The translations under genes and the position numbers were made by a program. The notes beneath the pieces were generated by a model. The model worked only from the letters and a program-made list of their open reading frames with translations. It made no database searches and was not told where the DNA came from. A stretch of DNA of 59,673 bases from Candidatus Nanosyncoccus sp. (lineage in GTDB: Bacteria; Patescibacteriota; Saccharimonadia; Saccharimonadales; Saccharimonadaceae): NCBI GenBank assembly GCA_045545815.1, contig JAZQBP010000008.1, positions 1 to 59,673 of the forward strand, given 5' to 3'. How positions within the stretch are numbered: position 1 is the stretch's first letter; each line of letters starts with the position of its first letter. Of this stretch, positions 36,247 to 46,188 are shown piece by piece.

Positions 36247-36588
36247 TCAACGATTACCAGTAAAGGTCGCATTGATGTGATATAAAGCTCCCTCAGGTGA
36301 CGGCACATCGAGGGATGTGTTGAGTCGATATTTCAATTCACGCATTTTAGCCTCGACTTGAGCTAAAATACTCGAAGCAGTAACACTATCATTAGTCCAA
36401 ATATCAATCGAGACGAGGATCCGTTGTGTCGCAATCTCATTCTCAAGATAATAATCGGTATTATTGTCATCTATTCTGAATGTAATCGCAGGAACTTTAT
36501 TAAACTTATTTTGCGAACTCTGAGTAACAGGATAATTAAGCTCACTAAGCTTACTAAAGATTTCTGGCTTTGGATTGAATAGAGTCAT
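36247..36588 (-). CDS. Tail terminator/completion protein
   Basis: Position and IDIWT motif. Confidence 0.65.
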   Translation of the reverse strand: MTLFNPKPEIFSKLSELNYPVTQSSQNKFNKVPAITFRIDDNNTDYYLENEIATQRILVSIDIWTNDSVTASSILAQVEAKMRELKYRLNTSLDVPSPEGALYHINATFTGNR

Positions 36589-37022
36589 TATTTAATCCCT
36601 TCTATTACTTTGCGAAAGATCGTACTCTCGATTCTGTCTTTGTTGTTACGGAGTGCGGGCGCTAAGAATGGTTGAGCTGACTGACCAGCCCAATCTTGCT
36701 TATACGACACAGTGATTTTGGTATTCTTGTTGGTCGATTGTCCTCGAACTCCAGTACCGAATTCAACATACGGCGCATATTCAACATTCGTTCCTACGAT
36801 AGCTTTCATATTATTTGGAGTTGCCTCTTTCATGACATGAATACTTCCTCGTAGGTGACCGGTATCTACAGGGCATAATCTTTTAGCACTACCCTCAACA
36901 ACACCGGCAGCCATGTTGATACCGTCCGAAATGGCTTTTTCAACTGCCTCTGGAAGCTTTTGATACTTCGCAAGAATCTGCGACAAGCCTTTGAATTCGA
37001 TTTTTACTCCTGCACTTCCCAT
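36588..37022 (-). CDS. HK97 gp10-family protein
   Basis: PVDTGHLRGSI, YAPYVEFGTG, QPFLAPA. Confidence 0.88.
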   Translation of the reverse strand: MGSAGVKIEFKGLSQILAKYQKLPEAVEKAISDGINMAAGVVEGSAKRLCPVDTGHLRGSIHVMKEATPNNMKAIVGTNVEYAPYVEFGTGVRGQSTNKNTKITVSYKQDWAGQSAQPFLAPALRNNKDRIESTIFRKVIEGIK

Positions 37023-37354
37023 AGTTTACCCACTATCGTTAAGTGAGAGTCTGATGGGATTACGCTTGTTGCGACATAAAGCTTATTGCTGTATCTAAGC
37101 AAGTCGTTTACAGAGACATTCTCATCCACTCCACAAGTAATGCAGATATCGATTGAGTCCACTAAGCCAAGCTCGGTTTGAATCTCGCCTAGGTTAGTGA
37201 ATCGGATATTACCTTGAAAGGTGCATTTGGTAGTGTGACTACCTTTCACAACTCCACCTTCGACATCAACGGTATCTTCTGCGCTCAAGACTTCAATCGT
37301 CTTGTCGTAAAACGATTTAGCGATTGCATTCTTGGCTTTATCAGGAAACAACAT
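37004..37354 (-). CDS. Head closure protein
   Basis: Position in neck module, beta-rich 116 aa. Confidence 0.6.
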   Translation of the reverse strand: MLFPDKAKNAIAKSFYDKTIEVLSAEDTVDVEGGVVKGSHTTKCTFQGNIRFTNLGEIQTELGLVDSIDICITCGVDENVSVNDLLRYSNKLYVATSVIPSDSHLTIVGKLWEVQE

Positions 37355-37724
37355 TGATTCTCCTATATCGTGCTAGGAGCTTTGAAAAGCCAGCAAACAG
37401 CTCGTTATCTTCGGTCGTGGCAAGATAGTTCTTGACCTCGTTGGCGAATGATACGGATTGCCCATTGTCGCTTACGGAGCTAATAGCAGAATCAGATTCG
37501 GTTGAAGATTTGGAGTTGGTTGTTTGGTTAAAGATGCCTGAGACAATTCGAGCAACGACTCGCTCTAATGCCTCATCTAAGGTTGTGTCGTTAAGATAAA
37601 GAAGAACACGGTCGCACACTTCGTTGATGCAATACTCAAGAAGAGCATTAGCAGAAGCATCCGATGCCGCATCATCGATGACTTTGACATATCCTTTGAT
37701 TCGGTCTAATTGTTCTTGTGACAT
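37341..37724 (-). CDS. Head-tail connector protein
   Basis: YLN...L...SSVSDNGQSVSF...LARYRR pattern. Confidence 0.75.
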   Translation of the reverse strand: MSQEQLDRIKGYVKVIDDAASDASANALLEYCINEVCDRVLLYLNDTTLDEALERVVARIVSGIFNQTTNSKSSTESDSAISSVSDNGQSVSFANEVKNYLATTEDNELFAGFSKLLARYRRINVVS

Positions 37725-37736
37725 CTTGTCCTCCGA

Positions 37737-37934
37737 CTATTTATCAGCTTTTGGCGCTTCAGCTTCCTTTGGCTCTTCTTTCTGAGCTTCCTTTGGAGCT
37801 TTAGCGACCTTTACTGGTTTGCCATCTTTATCGCAAGGTTCATAAACTTCAGGATATTTTTCCATCTGAGCAATAACCTTTTCGTTCTTAACCTCTTCAA
37901 TAGTTCCAGCTTGGATATTTTTGAAATACTTCAT
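37737..37934 (-). CDS. Small hypothetical virion-module protein
   Basis: AAGGAG RBS, 65 aa, follows capsid gene. Confidence 0.6.
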   Translation of the reverse strand: MKYFKNIQAGTIEEVKNEKVIAQMEKYPEVYEPCDKDGKPVKVAKAPKEAQKEEPKEAEAPKADK

Positions 37935-37990
37935 AGATTCTCCTTGTTAAAGTTGTTGCGCCGGTATTACGCCACCGGCAAGGCGATTGA

Positions 37991-38833
37991 CTAAGCTGGC
38001 AAAGTGGCAAGGGTCTTGACGAGATCTGGAGTTACAACGCCAGTACCGAATGAGTAGAAAAGTTCTACTGCGTGAGAGTTCGAAAGAGGAACTTTCTCAT
38101 CGGCATATTCGTTGACTAAGACTGGCTGACCAGCAGAACCGAAGACGGTTGCGATGATTGCCTTGGTTTGACGAGTATTAGAAAATACACGAACACCATG
38201 GAACATAGCAATTTCTTCTTCACCTGCATCGTTTGTAACCATGACTTTGTCGATATGATTGCGAAGCTTACCATAAACAGCTGGACTGAGGGTAAGAACA
38301 ATCAATTCACGGTCGACACCATCGACATGGTCGTTAGAAACGGTTTCGATTGATTGAATCATAGTTTCAACGACATCTTCGATGGCAGTAACACCACTAG
38401 GAAGGGTAACAGCAGTACCTGCAGCTTCGAGAGCCGAGAAGTATGCACGGTCGAGCGTTGCGATCATGCGTTTCGCATGGTTGTCAGCACGACGAGCGAT
38501 GATGTCGGCGACACCAAAGGTGCGAACATCTTTCTCTTCGATTTCCTCGACAATTTCTTTGTCGGTGTTAAGGTTGATGGTTACTTTGCCACCGTTTGCG
38601 ACTGCATCGCCTTTACCGGCTGCACGAGCAGTACCATAGTCTTCTGAGGAAGCATTGTCGAAACGATTTACTTCAACAGAACCAGTAGTTGGGTCACCAG
38701 AGTAATCAGTATTCTTGATTTTCTCAGAGATAGCGCCCTTTTGAATGGATTCGATAACCTTGCCATAGCTTTCAGCGAGTTTATCTTTGGTCGTTCCACT
38801 CGTAACGATATTTAGAGCATCAGTTCGTGCCAT
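37991..38833 (-). CDS. Major capsid protein
   Basis: 280 aa after scaffold, strong RBS, NTDYSGDP..GSVEV pattern. Confidence 0.85.
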   Translation of the reverse strand: MARTDALNIVTSGTTKDKLAESYGKVIESIQKGAISEKIKNTDYSGDPTTGSVEVNRFDNASSEDYGTARAAGKGDAVANGGKVTINLNTDKEIVEEIEEKDVRTFGVADIIARRADNHAKRMIATLDRAYFSALEAAGTAVTLPSGVTAIEDVVETMIQSIETVSNDHVDGVDRELIVLTLSPAVYGKLRNHIDKVMVTNDAGEEEIAMFHGVRVFSNTRQTKAIIATVFGSAGQPVLVNEYADEKVPLSNSHAVELFYSFGTGVVTPDLVKTLATLPA

Positions 38834-38866
38834 AAATAATCTCCTTTGGTATTGAGAACGACAATA

Positions 38867-39424
38867 TTAGAATGCAGTCAAACCGTTTTTGCGATAGCCT
38901 TTAGATGTGACTGTCTCTTTCTTGTCGGTGGTTTTGCTACCGTCACCATAATCGGTTGGAGTCTTGCCAGCGAGTTTTGCCTCGACTGCTTTCGACACGG
39001 CTTCGTTGAAGGCTTTGTTAAGTTTGGTGATGTTATCCATCATCTTGTCCTTATCGATGTCTACCACGAAGTCGACCATCTTGGTGTCGATATTAAGTTC
39101 TGCAAGCTTTTCAATGCCGTCCGCACGGTTTTCACGAAGCGTGATGTTTCGCTCTTTCTGTGCAAGTTCGTCATCTTTGGCTTTACGAGCCTCATTCAGA
39201 CGCTCCTCTTCGGTCAATTTGGCTTTTCGCTCGTATTCCGTAATAGCATCTGCGATAGCCTTTTTATTCGCCTCATCGTTCTTGCTTTGGACTTCTCCAA
39301 GGCGTTTCTGAATAAGTGCGTTGACCTCATCCTGAGTAAAGGTCTTTTGAGTATTGGTCTTGTCTCCCTCTGTTGCTCCGGCTTGACCATTGTCGGCAGA
39401 GTTTTGATTCGTAGCTTCCGCCAT
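38867..39424 (-). CDS. Capsid scaffolding protein (DUF4355-like)
   Basis: KTFTQDEVN, coiled coil, LAGKTP. Confidence 0.85.
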   Translation of the reverse strand: MAEATNQNSADNGQAGATEGDKTNTQKTFTQDEVNALIQKRLGEVQSKNDEANKKAIADAITEYERKAKLTEEERLNEARKAKDDELAQKERNITLRENRADGIEKLAELNIDTKMVDFVVDIDKDKMMDNITKLNKAFNEAVSKAVEAKLAGKTPTDYGDGSKTTDKKETVTSKGYRKNGLTAF

Positions 39425-39465
39425 AAATCCTCCATTTAACGCCTGTCGGCTAGATTAATATGCAT

Positions 39466-39520
39466 CAAAAAACGCCAAGACCTAAGTCTTAGCGCTATTG
39501 ATATTGCTTATATTATATCA
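39466..39520 (-). promoter_or_regulatory. Late promoter-terminator leader, copy 2 (scaffold/capsid/tail unit)
   Basis: TGATATAATATAAGCAATATCAATAGCGCTAAGACTTAGGTCTTGGCGTTTTTTG. Confidence 0.8.
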
Positions 39521-39551
39521 CGAAAAGTATATTTTTACCACAAGCAGAACA

Positions 39552-39713
39552 TTACTCTGTTTTATGGGTTTTTGCGATCTCACGCATGTCATCTTCAAGC
39601 GTTGTTGCTTTGGCGTTTTGATAATCTTCAATCAAATCAAAACCATCAATGCCAGTCTCTTCGGCTACTTTGTTGATAGCCATTATTTCATCATCATCGA
39701 AAGTAATTTTCAT
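39552..39713 (-). CDS. 53-aa acidic protein
   Basis: MKITFDDDEIMAINKVAEETGIDGFDLIEDYQ...; own TGATATAAT at ~39750. Confidence 0.55.
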   Translation of the reverse strand: MKITFDDDEIMAINKVAEETGIDGFDLIEDYQNAKATTLEDDMREIAKTHKTE

Positions 39714-39773
39714 AATTCAAATATCTCGTTTAGATACTTATATTATATCAAAAAATGCATACTTCGTCAGCTC

Positions 39774-39944
39774 TTACGGATCGATAATATTGCCATCTTT
39801 ATCCTTGTGGACACGATAGAATTCTTTGTAGCTCTTAGCTACTTTTTCGTTTTTCTTACCTTCCTCTGTTAGACGATATTTCCATGCCTTTTCGTCATGA
39901 TAATACCACTTCTTATTTTTTAGAAAATACGGTTCGAGTTGCAT
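39774..39944 (-). CDS. 56-aa protein coupled to MuF gene (candidate immunity)
   Basis: TGATG overlap; MQLEPYFLKNKKWYYHDEKAWKYRLTEEG... Confidence 0.6.
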   Translation of the reverse strand: MQLEPYFLKNKKWYYHDEKAWKYRLTEEGKKNEKVAKSYKEFYRVHKDKDGNIIDP

Positions 39945-41575
39945 CATTTCATCGCCTCCTTAAGATAAGCGCCTATGGCTTTACCTAGTGCATTCTGTTG
40001 ACGACCTTTGTGGTTAGCAAAACACTCAGCGAAGAATTCATGAGAGTTTGTTCTGCCGTAAGCAGAGATAACATTGTCGGTCATTCCGTATCGCTCCTTA
40101 GCTATCCTAATTATATCATTTCTGATGTTAGAGGCTGAGAGACCTTTGACATCCATAAGGTAGTTTTCGATATAATGTCCAAACTCATGATTAAATACAT
40201 AAGTCTTTAGATTCTTGGCTGGCATGAAATGATGTCTGCGTACTCCACCGGCTACGGTTTTTGTCAGCTTATTTATCGAGTAGTGGTATTTTGGATTAAG
40301 CCCAATCATGTGCTGTTTTCGGTAGGTCGCTGCCATGATACCACCCTTATATTGTTTACCGGCGATTTCGAGACCGATATTCTTTCTGCGCCTTAGAGAC
40401 CACTCCTTGACTTGAGGGAATTCGTTCATTAGTTTCTCGGTAGCAGATGAATATGCTCGGAGTATCTCGCCATCTACACCCCAAAGGCTCATAGAGTCAA
40501 ATGAAGCGCCATAATCAGTCAGGACAAGTGATCCACCATTAGTCTTTCCGCCTACGATATTATTCACGACATTATCTACGAATTCTTGTTTCCAGTCTTG
40601 ATAAGTCATATCGTAAACATGATAATTCTTGCCAGTTGCTGGATTGCGAGCCATTCTAGTTTCATCTGGTTCAAAGTCCTTAAAATACGGCACGATAGTT
40701 GAACGACAGTTTGGATGAAGTGGTGGCACATTATCGCCTGGAACGCCATCGGAGACTTTGAAACGCTTGCCATCCATGTGGGAACATATTTCACTCGTAC
40801 GAGTATCCAAGGTGGCTACGAACTCGAAATATTCAAAGCCCATGGACTTGTAAGAATCAATCTCGGCAGAGTTATGAAAATAGTTAGTTTCGGTACGGAC
40901 TAATCGTTCGGCATAGTAATTAGATACGCCGAATCGCTCTCTAAAATCTCTTGCAGTTTTCTGAATCGCTTGACCATTTGCGATAGCTTGTCCGAGCTTT
41001 TGTTTGAGTTGGTCTGCTAGGATGTCAGAATTACCCCATATGCGTTGCGAATAGTTCTTACCTTCAAACTTTGTATTGAGAACTTGGTTGACTGTTCCAG
41101 TATCTAGTATCGAGAATCCTGGAGTCGAGCCTATCCCTCGTGATACATCATAGACGGAATGATAATAAGAATCCTCGTAAACTTTACGGCTCGCATTGGT
41201 TATGATTTTGTCTTGTTCTAAGCCAGCCTTATGAGTTTCATACCACATTTGAGCATTCAAGAATTCGAGTCTATTGATCCTGCCTAAATAATTGGCTGGA
41301 ATCTCTTCGTATAGACCTGCTTTCTTGAGCTTTGCGATAAACTTTTGCATATCGCCAGAAGAAGTCATAAGCTTGAGTTTTTGCTTATCGAATCCACCTT
41401 CCTTTGTCCAATAATCAGCGTAGATTCTCTTTAGCTGTCGTAAAGTCTCTTTTTGCGCAGTATCATAAAGCTTGCGAATCTGTCTCCGATATTCTTCGGA
41501 GGCCTTTTCGCTTTCTACGAGTCTCTCATTGGCTCGTTTATTCCAGTAAGCATTCGTCCTTTTGCGAAGAGCCAT
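39944..41575 (-). CDS. Minor capsid protein (MuF/SPP1 gp7) with C-terminal zincin extension
   Basis: RLVRTE, ATLDTRTSEIC, PPLHPNCRS; then HEFGH and SAYGRTNSHEFFAE. Confidence 0.88.
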   Translation of the reverse strand: MALRKRTNAYWNKRANERLVESEKASEEYRRQIRKLYDTAQKETLRQLKRIYADYWTKEGGFDKQKLKLMTSSGDMQKFIAKLKKAGLYEEIPANYLGRINRLEFLNAQMWYETHKAGLEQDKIITNASRKVYEDSYYHSVYDVSRGIGSTPGFSILDTGTVNQVLNTKFEGKNYSQRIWGNSDILADQLKQKLGQAIANGQAIQKTARDFRERFGVSNYYAERLVRTETNYFHNSAEIDSYKSMGFEYFEFVATLDTRTSEICSHMDGKRFKVSDGVPGDNVPPLHPNCRSTIVPYFKDFEPDETRMARNPATGKNYHVYDMTYQDWKQEFVDNVVNNIVGGKTNGGSLVLTDYGASFDSMSLWGVDGEILRAYSSATEKLMNEFPQVKEWSLRRRKNIGLEIAGKQYKGGIMAATYRKQHMIGLNPKYHYSINKLTKTVAGGVRRHHFMPAKNLKTYVFNHEFGHYIENYLMDVKGLSASNIRNDIIRIAKERYGMTDNVISAYGRTNSHEFFAECFANHKGRQQNALGKAIGAYLKEAMK

Positions 41576-41584
41576 GCTTTACTC

Positions 41585-42943
41585 CTATTCGTTTACATCT
41601 TCTTCCGACTCGTCAACATTATTGCCAAATTCGTTGGCATTGTAATCATCATCTTTTATTGCCTCAGAATCTTCTTTTTCTGCGATTTTAATAGTCTCTG
41701 AGGCGTCCTTAACGAATGAAAGCTGGCTTGCAAGTAATTCACGGTCTACGATGCCATCAAGATTAACGATCATCTGCGATGTTTCGTAATCGTTGGATGG
41801 TAGGTTGCGCTTGAATACTGCATCAACATCCTCTTTCGAGACCTCTTTCATCTTAGACTTAACCGACAAGAAATGAGAGTAAAGCTCAAATCGTTTCATG
41901 AGACCTTTCTCGAAGAAACGCTCCTTATTCTTTACGGCTTGCTCAAATGCGAGTAGCTTGTAACGAATAGCAACGCCCGATGAGTCACCAGCAAATTTCT
42001 CATCGGACATATCAGGCACCATTGAAATTTTATGAATATCATTCTCGATGGTTTTACGAAGAACATCGACATCGCCTTCGTTGATAGCCTTAGTTAGATA
42101 TTCGACTTTTCCATCCGTAGGGATATTAGATAATGCACGCTTTTCTTTTAAGTCTGCCATTTGGTCTGCATCGAATTTCATGCCATAAAAGCAAAGGATG
42201 GCATCAACAAGTTGTTCACGGTCGTTGACACGATCTGACTGAATGAGATTATACGCATCGATGAGCGAGATGACCGATTCGAAGTCTCCAGAGTATTCCT
42301 TATTGTTGTCATATTCAATAATCGGAACAGCTCCGAATGCGTGTTGCTCTCGGTCTATTTCTTTTGCGCTACCACCATTGCCAGCAAGCTCATATTTAAT
42401 GATTTCTTTATCGGTAGCAACGATTACATCGTAATGATCTGGCTCTTTGTCTTCTGGATTCTTATAAATCGGTCGATAGTTGATAGCGTAAAGCTCATTA
42501 TGAACGAGAGTATCATCATAAATCATGATTGTATTGCGAACATCGAGAGTAACCGAGCATGGGTTTGCTTCTTCATCTGCATAAACATATTCGTATTTGA
42601 TGCCGAAAATTGAGCATTCTTTTGCGATCTCGACATCCGTATTCTCAATAGTCTGTCGCTTATAAGCATCAAGGACTGGCTGAATATCGATATCGCTATT
42701 AACCTGATAGTCGACAGGATTGCCAAGTAGATAGCCGACCATCATATCAGTAATATATTTGGCATGGTTCGTGACGAGCTTATTATTCATTAATGTTTCG
42801 ACTTTCTCACGAGTCGTAATGGCTTGTTTGCCCATATAGTAATCATCAAGCGTATCGAAACGAGTTCTACGCTTTTCATTGTAGTCGATGGCTTTTTTGA
42901 TAAGCTTTGCATCGAGTGGTGTGTCCTTATTGACCTGATACAT
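41585..42943 (-). CDS. Portal protein (SPP1 gp6-like)
   Basis: YYMGKQ, NHAKYITD, GDFESVISLIDAY, SGVAIRYKL. Confidence 0.9.
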   Translation of the reverse strand: MYQVNKDTPLDAKLIKKAIDYNEKRRTRFDTLDDYYMGKQAITTREKVETLMNNKLVTNHAKYITDMMVGYLLGNPVDYQVNSDIDIQPVLDAYKRQTIENTDVEIAKECSIFGIKYEYVYADEEANPCSVTLDVRNTIMIYDDTLVHNELYAINYRPIYKNPEDKEPDHYDVIVATDKEIIKYELAGNGGSAKEIDREQHAFGAVPIIEYDNNKEYSGDFESVISLIDAYNLIQSDRVNDREQLVDAILCFYGMKFDADQMADLKEKRALSNIPTDGKVEYLTKAINEGDVDVLRKTIENDIHKISMVPDMSDEKFAGDSSGVAIRYKLLAFEQAVKNKERFFEKGLMKRFELYSHFLSVKSKMKEVSKEDVDAVFKRNLPSNDYETSQMIVNLDGIVDRELLASQLSFVKDASETIKIAEKEDSEAIKDDDYNANEFGNNVDESEEDVNE

Positions 42944-42954
42944 ATTACTCCTTT

Positions 42955-44409
42955 CTATCTAGCCCAATAATTAGTGAATCGTGAGCGTTTACTCACTCCT
43001 GTTTTATCTACGACTTCCGGCTTACGCTCAGAGGTTATAGCTTCGTAAATTGCCGCAAGGACGTCTACCGAATCATCATGTGCATTGCGACCTTTGCGTT
43101 GATATGACATGACTTGTCTGAAAAACTCTGGATACTTCTTCTTCCAATTTGGTGGCATAATGACATGGTTTTGCACCCAAGAAGATGAAGCAAGGATACG
43201 AGATTCCTTGTTCTGAGTTTGTGGTTTGGTCGTAATGTGTGTACGGTTTGTTTGGTATTTTTCTGTTAGTAGCCTTTCGACATTTCGTGCAAAACCACGC
43301 CCTCCGTTATTGCTTTCAATTACTGCCTCATTCGTGTTGCCGTTGAAAAGCAGATCGGCAACTTTTTCTTCGGTAACTTCCATTGGCTCATCCGTAAAGA
43401 CAAGGTCGGTAATATAAGCTTCCTTATCGTGTTCGATGTAGTTGATAGAACAAAGAAAATCTGAACCAGTATCGGCAGTATCGGTATAATTGTAGGTTTT
43501 TCCTTCTGGTCTTTTCTCCCATTCAATAAAGTCGGAGTAGAGTCTGCCACCGATATCGATTGGCTTTTGATTATAATTAGCCTCAACAATGTCTAAATTC
43601 ATCTCACGAGTCTTAGCTTTGTAGTCTTCTGCAGACAAAACATCATCGCAGAGCATTGATCCATCGTCTTGGACAGCCTTGTAGGTAATATGCTCGACAT
43701 CGTCCGTGAAGTTCTTTAGGATGCGACCAGCGAGGTCTCCTTCTGCCCAACGAGTCATAATGATGATTACTTTCCATGGGTTTTCAGTTCGACTTAAGAA
43801 TGTATTGTTAAACCAACCCCATTGCTTATCTAATGATGTTTCGTTGTATGCCTCCTCGTCATTCTTGATAAGGTCATCAACTATAAGAAAATGTGCGCCA
43901 AAGCCAGTAGCGGTAGCCTTTGGGGATGTAGCAAGATAGTTTTTCATCGTAGAGCCATCCAAAGCCCACATTTGAGCCGATGCCTCACCGTACTTAACTT
44001 TGGTTTTAGGAAAGATGTCAGAATAAACTATATTCTCATCATCGACCTTTTCGGTCTGGATGAGATTACGGACAGTTTGTGCGAAAGTTGCTGAAAGAGT
44101 TTCGTTGTAGCTCGCAGTCATGACTTTATTCTTCGGATTGATGCCGAATAGCCATGCAGTAAAGAGCTGAGCCGTGAGCGATTTACCGTGTCGTGGTGGA
44201 AGATTAATAACCAGAAAATGCTTATCAGATTTTTCGACAAAGTCTTGAAGCTTTTCACAGAACTCGTAAAGATAGCCACGCTCGTCCTTGTAAAATCTCG
44301 GCATCATGAGCTTGCAGAAATTGTAAAAGTCAACACGAGCCAACTGAAGCTCAAGTTCTTTCTGAGTTTCTGGCAAGTCAATAATAGCTTCAGCTTCTTT
44401 TACTTTCAT
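42955..44409 (-). CDS. Terminase large subunit
   Basis: PPRHGKS Walker A, IVDD, MTRW, IESNNGG, AHDD. Confidence 0.93.
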   Translation of the reverse strand: MKVKEAEAIIDLPETQKELELQLARVDFYNFCKLMMPRFYKDERGYLYEFCEKLQDFVEKSDKHFLVINLPPRHGKSLTAQLFTAWLFGINPKNKVMTASYNETLSATFAQTVRNLIQTEKVDDENIVYSDIFPKTKVKYGEASAQMWALDGSTMKNYLATSPKATATGFGAHFLIVDDLIKNDEEAYNETSLDKQWGWFNNTFLSRTENPWKVIIIMTRWAEGDLAGRILKNFTDDVEHITYKAVQDDGSMLCDDVLSAEDYKAKTREMNLDIVEANYNQKPIDIGGRLYSDFIEWEKRPEGKTYNYTDTADTGSDFLCSINYIEHDKEAYITDLVFTDEPMEVTEEKVADLLFNGNTNEAVIESNNGGRGFARNVERLLTEKYQTNRTHITTKPQTQNKESRILASSSWVQNHVIMPPNWKKKYPEFFRQVMSYQRKGRNAHDDSVDVLAAIYEAITSERKPEVVDKTGVSKRSRFTNYWAR

Positions 44410-44822
44410 TTCTTCCTTTTAAGTAGCTTAAGTAAGTCTTGCTTAGTTAGTTGATTGAATGGAGAATTTGTTTGGGTGGTCTGCAGATTGCCTTCGAGCG
44501 TAGTCTTCGTTTCTTGAACATCAAACCCACCGAATAGCTTTGCCTTAGTTTCGATAGCCTTAACTTTCTCGGCTGGCGATGCAGTTTCGCTATCGATGAT
44601 GCTATCTAAGATTTCTAAATCCTTCGTAATTCGTGATGGATCTTTCATAGCTCTTTGTGCTGCGATTGCACGATGCGAAAAGCGATCTTGTGGTCTGCCA
44701 CCATTGTTGCCTACCGATATTTGGTTTCCTTTGGCAAAAGTGCCATCGGAGTTTCTTCCGAGTTTCCCAGAGGTGGTTTTTACTATTTTCTTCGGCTTCT
44801 TTTCGACCACTTTTCTAGCCAT
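44406..44822 (-). CDS. Putative terminase small subunit
   Basis: FAKGN...NNGGRP motif, coupled to TerL. Confidence 0.7.
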   Translation of the reverse strand: MARKVVEKKPKKIVKTTSGKLGRNSDGTFAKGNQISVGNNGGRPQDRFSHRAIAAQRAMKDPSRITKDLEILDSIIDSETASPAEKVKAIETKAKLFGGFDVQETKTTLEGNLQTTQTNSPFNQLTKQDLLKLLKRKK

Positions 44823-44833
44823 TGTTTAACCCT

Positions 44834-45085
44834 TCATTTCTTAATTGGTGTCTCGATAAACTTGATATCTGGCTTCGTTGCTTTGCTATTGCCAGTAACT
44901 TTTATTTTCTTGGTTTCTTTCTTCTTTTCGGCAACTACTTGAACATCATATTCTTGACCATAGAGTTTTATATGAGCAACTCCATTTTTAACCATTTCCG
45001 TAATGTCGTGTTCTTGACCATACAATGTGATAGTTACTTTGTTATCTTTTTCATTTGCTTTGATGATATTCTTTGCGTTTGGCAT
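44834..45085 (-). CDS. Hypothetical protein with internal repeat
   Basis: AAAGGAG RBS; ITLYGQEHDI / IKLYGQEYDV repeat. Confidence 0.6.
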   Translation of the reverse strand: MPNAKNIIKANEKDNKVTITLYGQEHDITEMVKNGVAHIKLYGQEYDVQVVAEKKKETKKIKVTGNSKATKPDIKFIETPIKK

Positions 45086-45488
45086 TGATTTCTCCTTTCG
45101 ATAGATTAGAGTATTTTGTTTTGCCACGACTTGCCGTGTAGTCGATAAGATCACGAAGAGTTTTACTCCTTGCGTAACCACAGCGAGACATCAAGATTCC
45201 TTTCGATCTACGAACTTTATCGCCACGATAGTCTCCATCTATGCAGATTTCGCAAGCTATTCTTCCTGTAGGCTTAAAGATGATATAGGATCTTGTGCTG
45301 CGAAAGATTGCTTTTAGATCCTTGAAGCCAAAGTCTTCAAAAATCTTGTTTGAGGCAATGGCATATTTGAGTGCAATCTCGTTGCGATTGTATGATTCTT
45401 TTGCGATGCCTTTGTTTTTAAGAAGCTCACAATGAACTCGTGTCGTCATCATGGCTTCAAACTCATTTATAGATATGTCTTCCTGCAT
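45051..45488 (-). CDS. Hypothetical phage protein
   Basis: First ORF after late leader copy 3; start uncertain. Confidence 0.55.
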   Translation of the reverse strand: MQEDISINEFEAMMTTRVHCELLKNKGIAKESYNRNEIALKYAIASNKIFEDFGFKDLKAIFRSTRSYIIFKPTGRIACEICIDGDYRGDKVRRSKGILMSRCGYARSKTLRDLIDYTASRGKTKYSNLSKGEINAKRKEYHQSK

Positions 45489-45518
45489 ATCAATTCTTCC
45501 GTTTAGTTTTACTGACAT

Positions 45519-45573
45519 CAAAAAACGCCAAGAGCATTGCTCTAGGCGCTATTGACTTATTTATATTATATCA
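45519..45573 (-). promoter_or_regulatory. Late promoter-terminator leader, copy 3 (packaging unit)
   Basis: TGATATAATATAAATAAGTCAATAGCGCCTAGAGCAATGCTCTTGGCGTTTTTTG. Confidence 0.8.
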
Positions 45574-45612
45574 TGTTTATGCCTTATATGATATAGGCGT
45601 GTTTCAGTACGG

Positions 45613-46089
45613 TTACTGTATTTTTCCGTACGATGCGCCACCAATCATAAGTGACCCATAATTGAAAGTGAAGTTATAGTCTGTAATATTGTCTTTCTTG
45701 ACTCCATTTTCCGTATAAGGATAGTTAATACTAAACTTACCACTCTTATTACCCTCATCATAAGTATAAGTGCAGTCTTGGCTTCTGTCGTTAAAATCAA
45801 CCGTAGTTGAAAGCTCGGTTTTTATAGCTTCGATGTACTTACAAGTGCCATCTTCTCTAAAAATAGCATATGAGTCTACGCTTTTATTGTAATTGTTGTA
45901 GTAAGAACGCTTATAAACACCTACGATTTTGGCATTCTGTACATAAGAGTCTTCAGAAGCTACCGGATGAAATTCATTTTTGGCGACATTATAGCCGATA
46001 AAGTAACTTCCAATTAGTAAACCAATGCCAACGACTGCCGAGACTATAGAAATAATTAGTGTTTTGTTCGAATTATTCTTTTTAGCCAT
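45613..46089 (-). CDS. Membrane-anchored protein with external beta domain (candidate superinfection exclusion)
   Basis: N-terminal TM helix, two Cys, own TGATATAAT; paralogue at 48318-48788. Confidence 0.7.
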   Translation of the reverse strand: MAKKNNSNKTLIISIVSAVVGIGLLIGSYFIGYNVAKNEFHPVASEDSYVQNAKIVGVYKRSYYNNYNKSVDSYAIFREDGTCKYIEAIKTELSTTVDFNDRSQDCTYTYDEGNKSGKFSINYPYTENGVKKDNITDYNFTFNYGSLMIGGASYGKIQ

Positions 46090-46152
46090 AAAAGATCCTT
46101 AATTAATTAGTCATAATTATATCACCATTAGCATAATTATCAACTTGCCAGA

Positions 46153-46181
46153 TTGACTAAAACAGTTATCTTTGATATAAT
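46153..46181 (+). promoter_or_regulatory. Consensus sigma70 promoter
   Basis: TTGACT-17 bp-TATAAT with extended TG. Confidence 0.85.
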
Positions 46182-46188
46182 TAGAACA

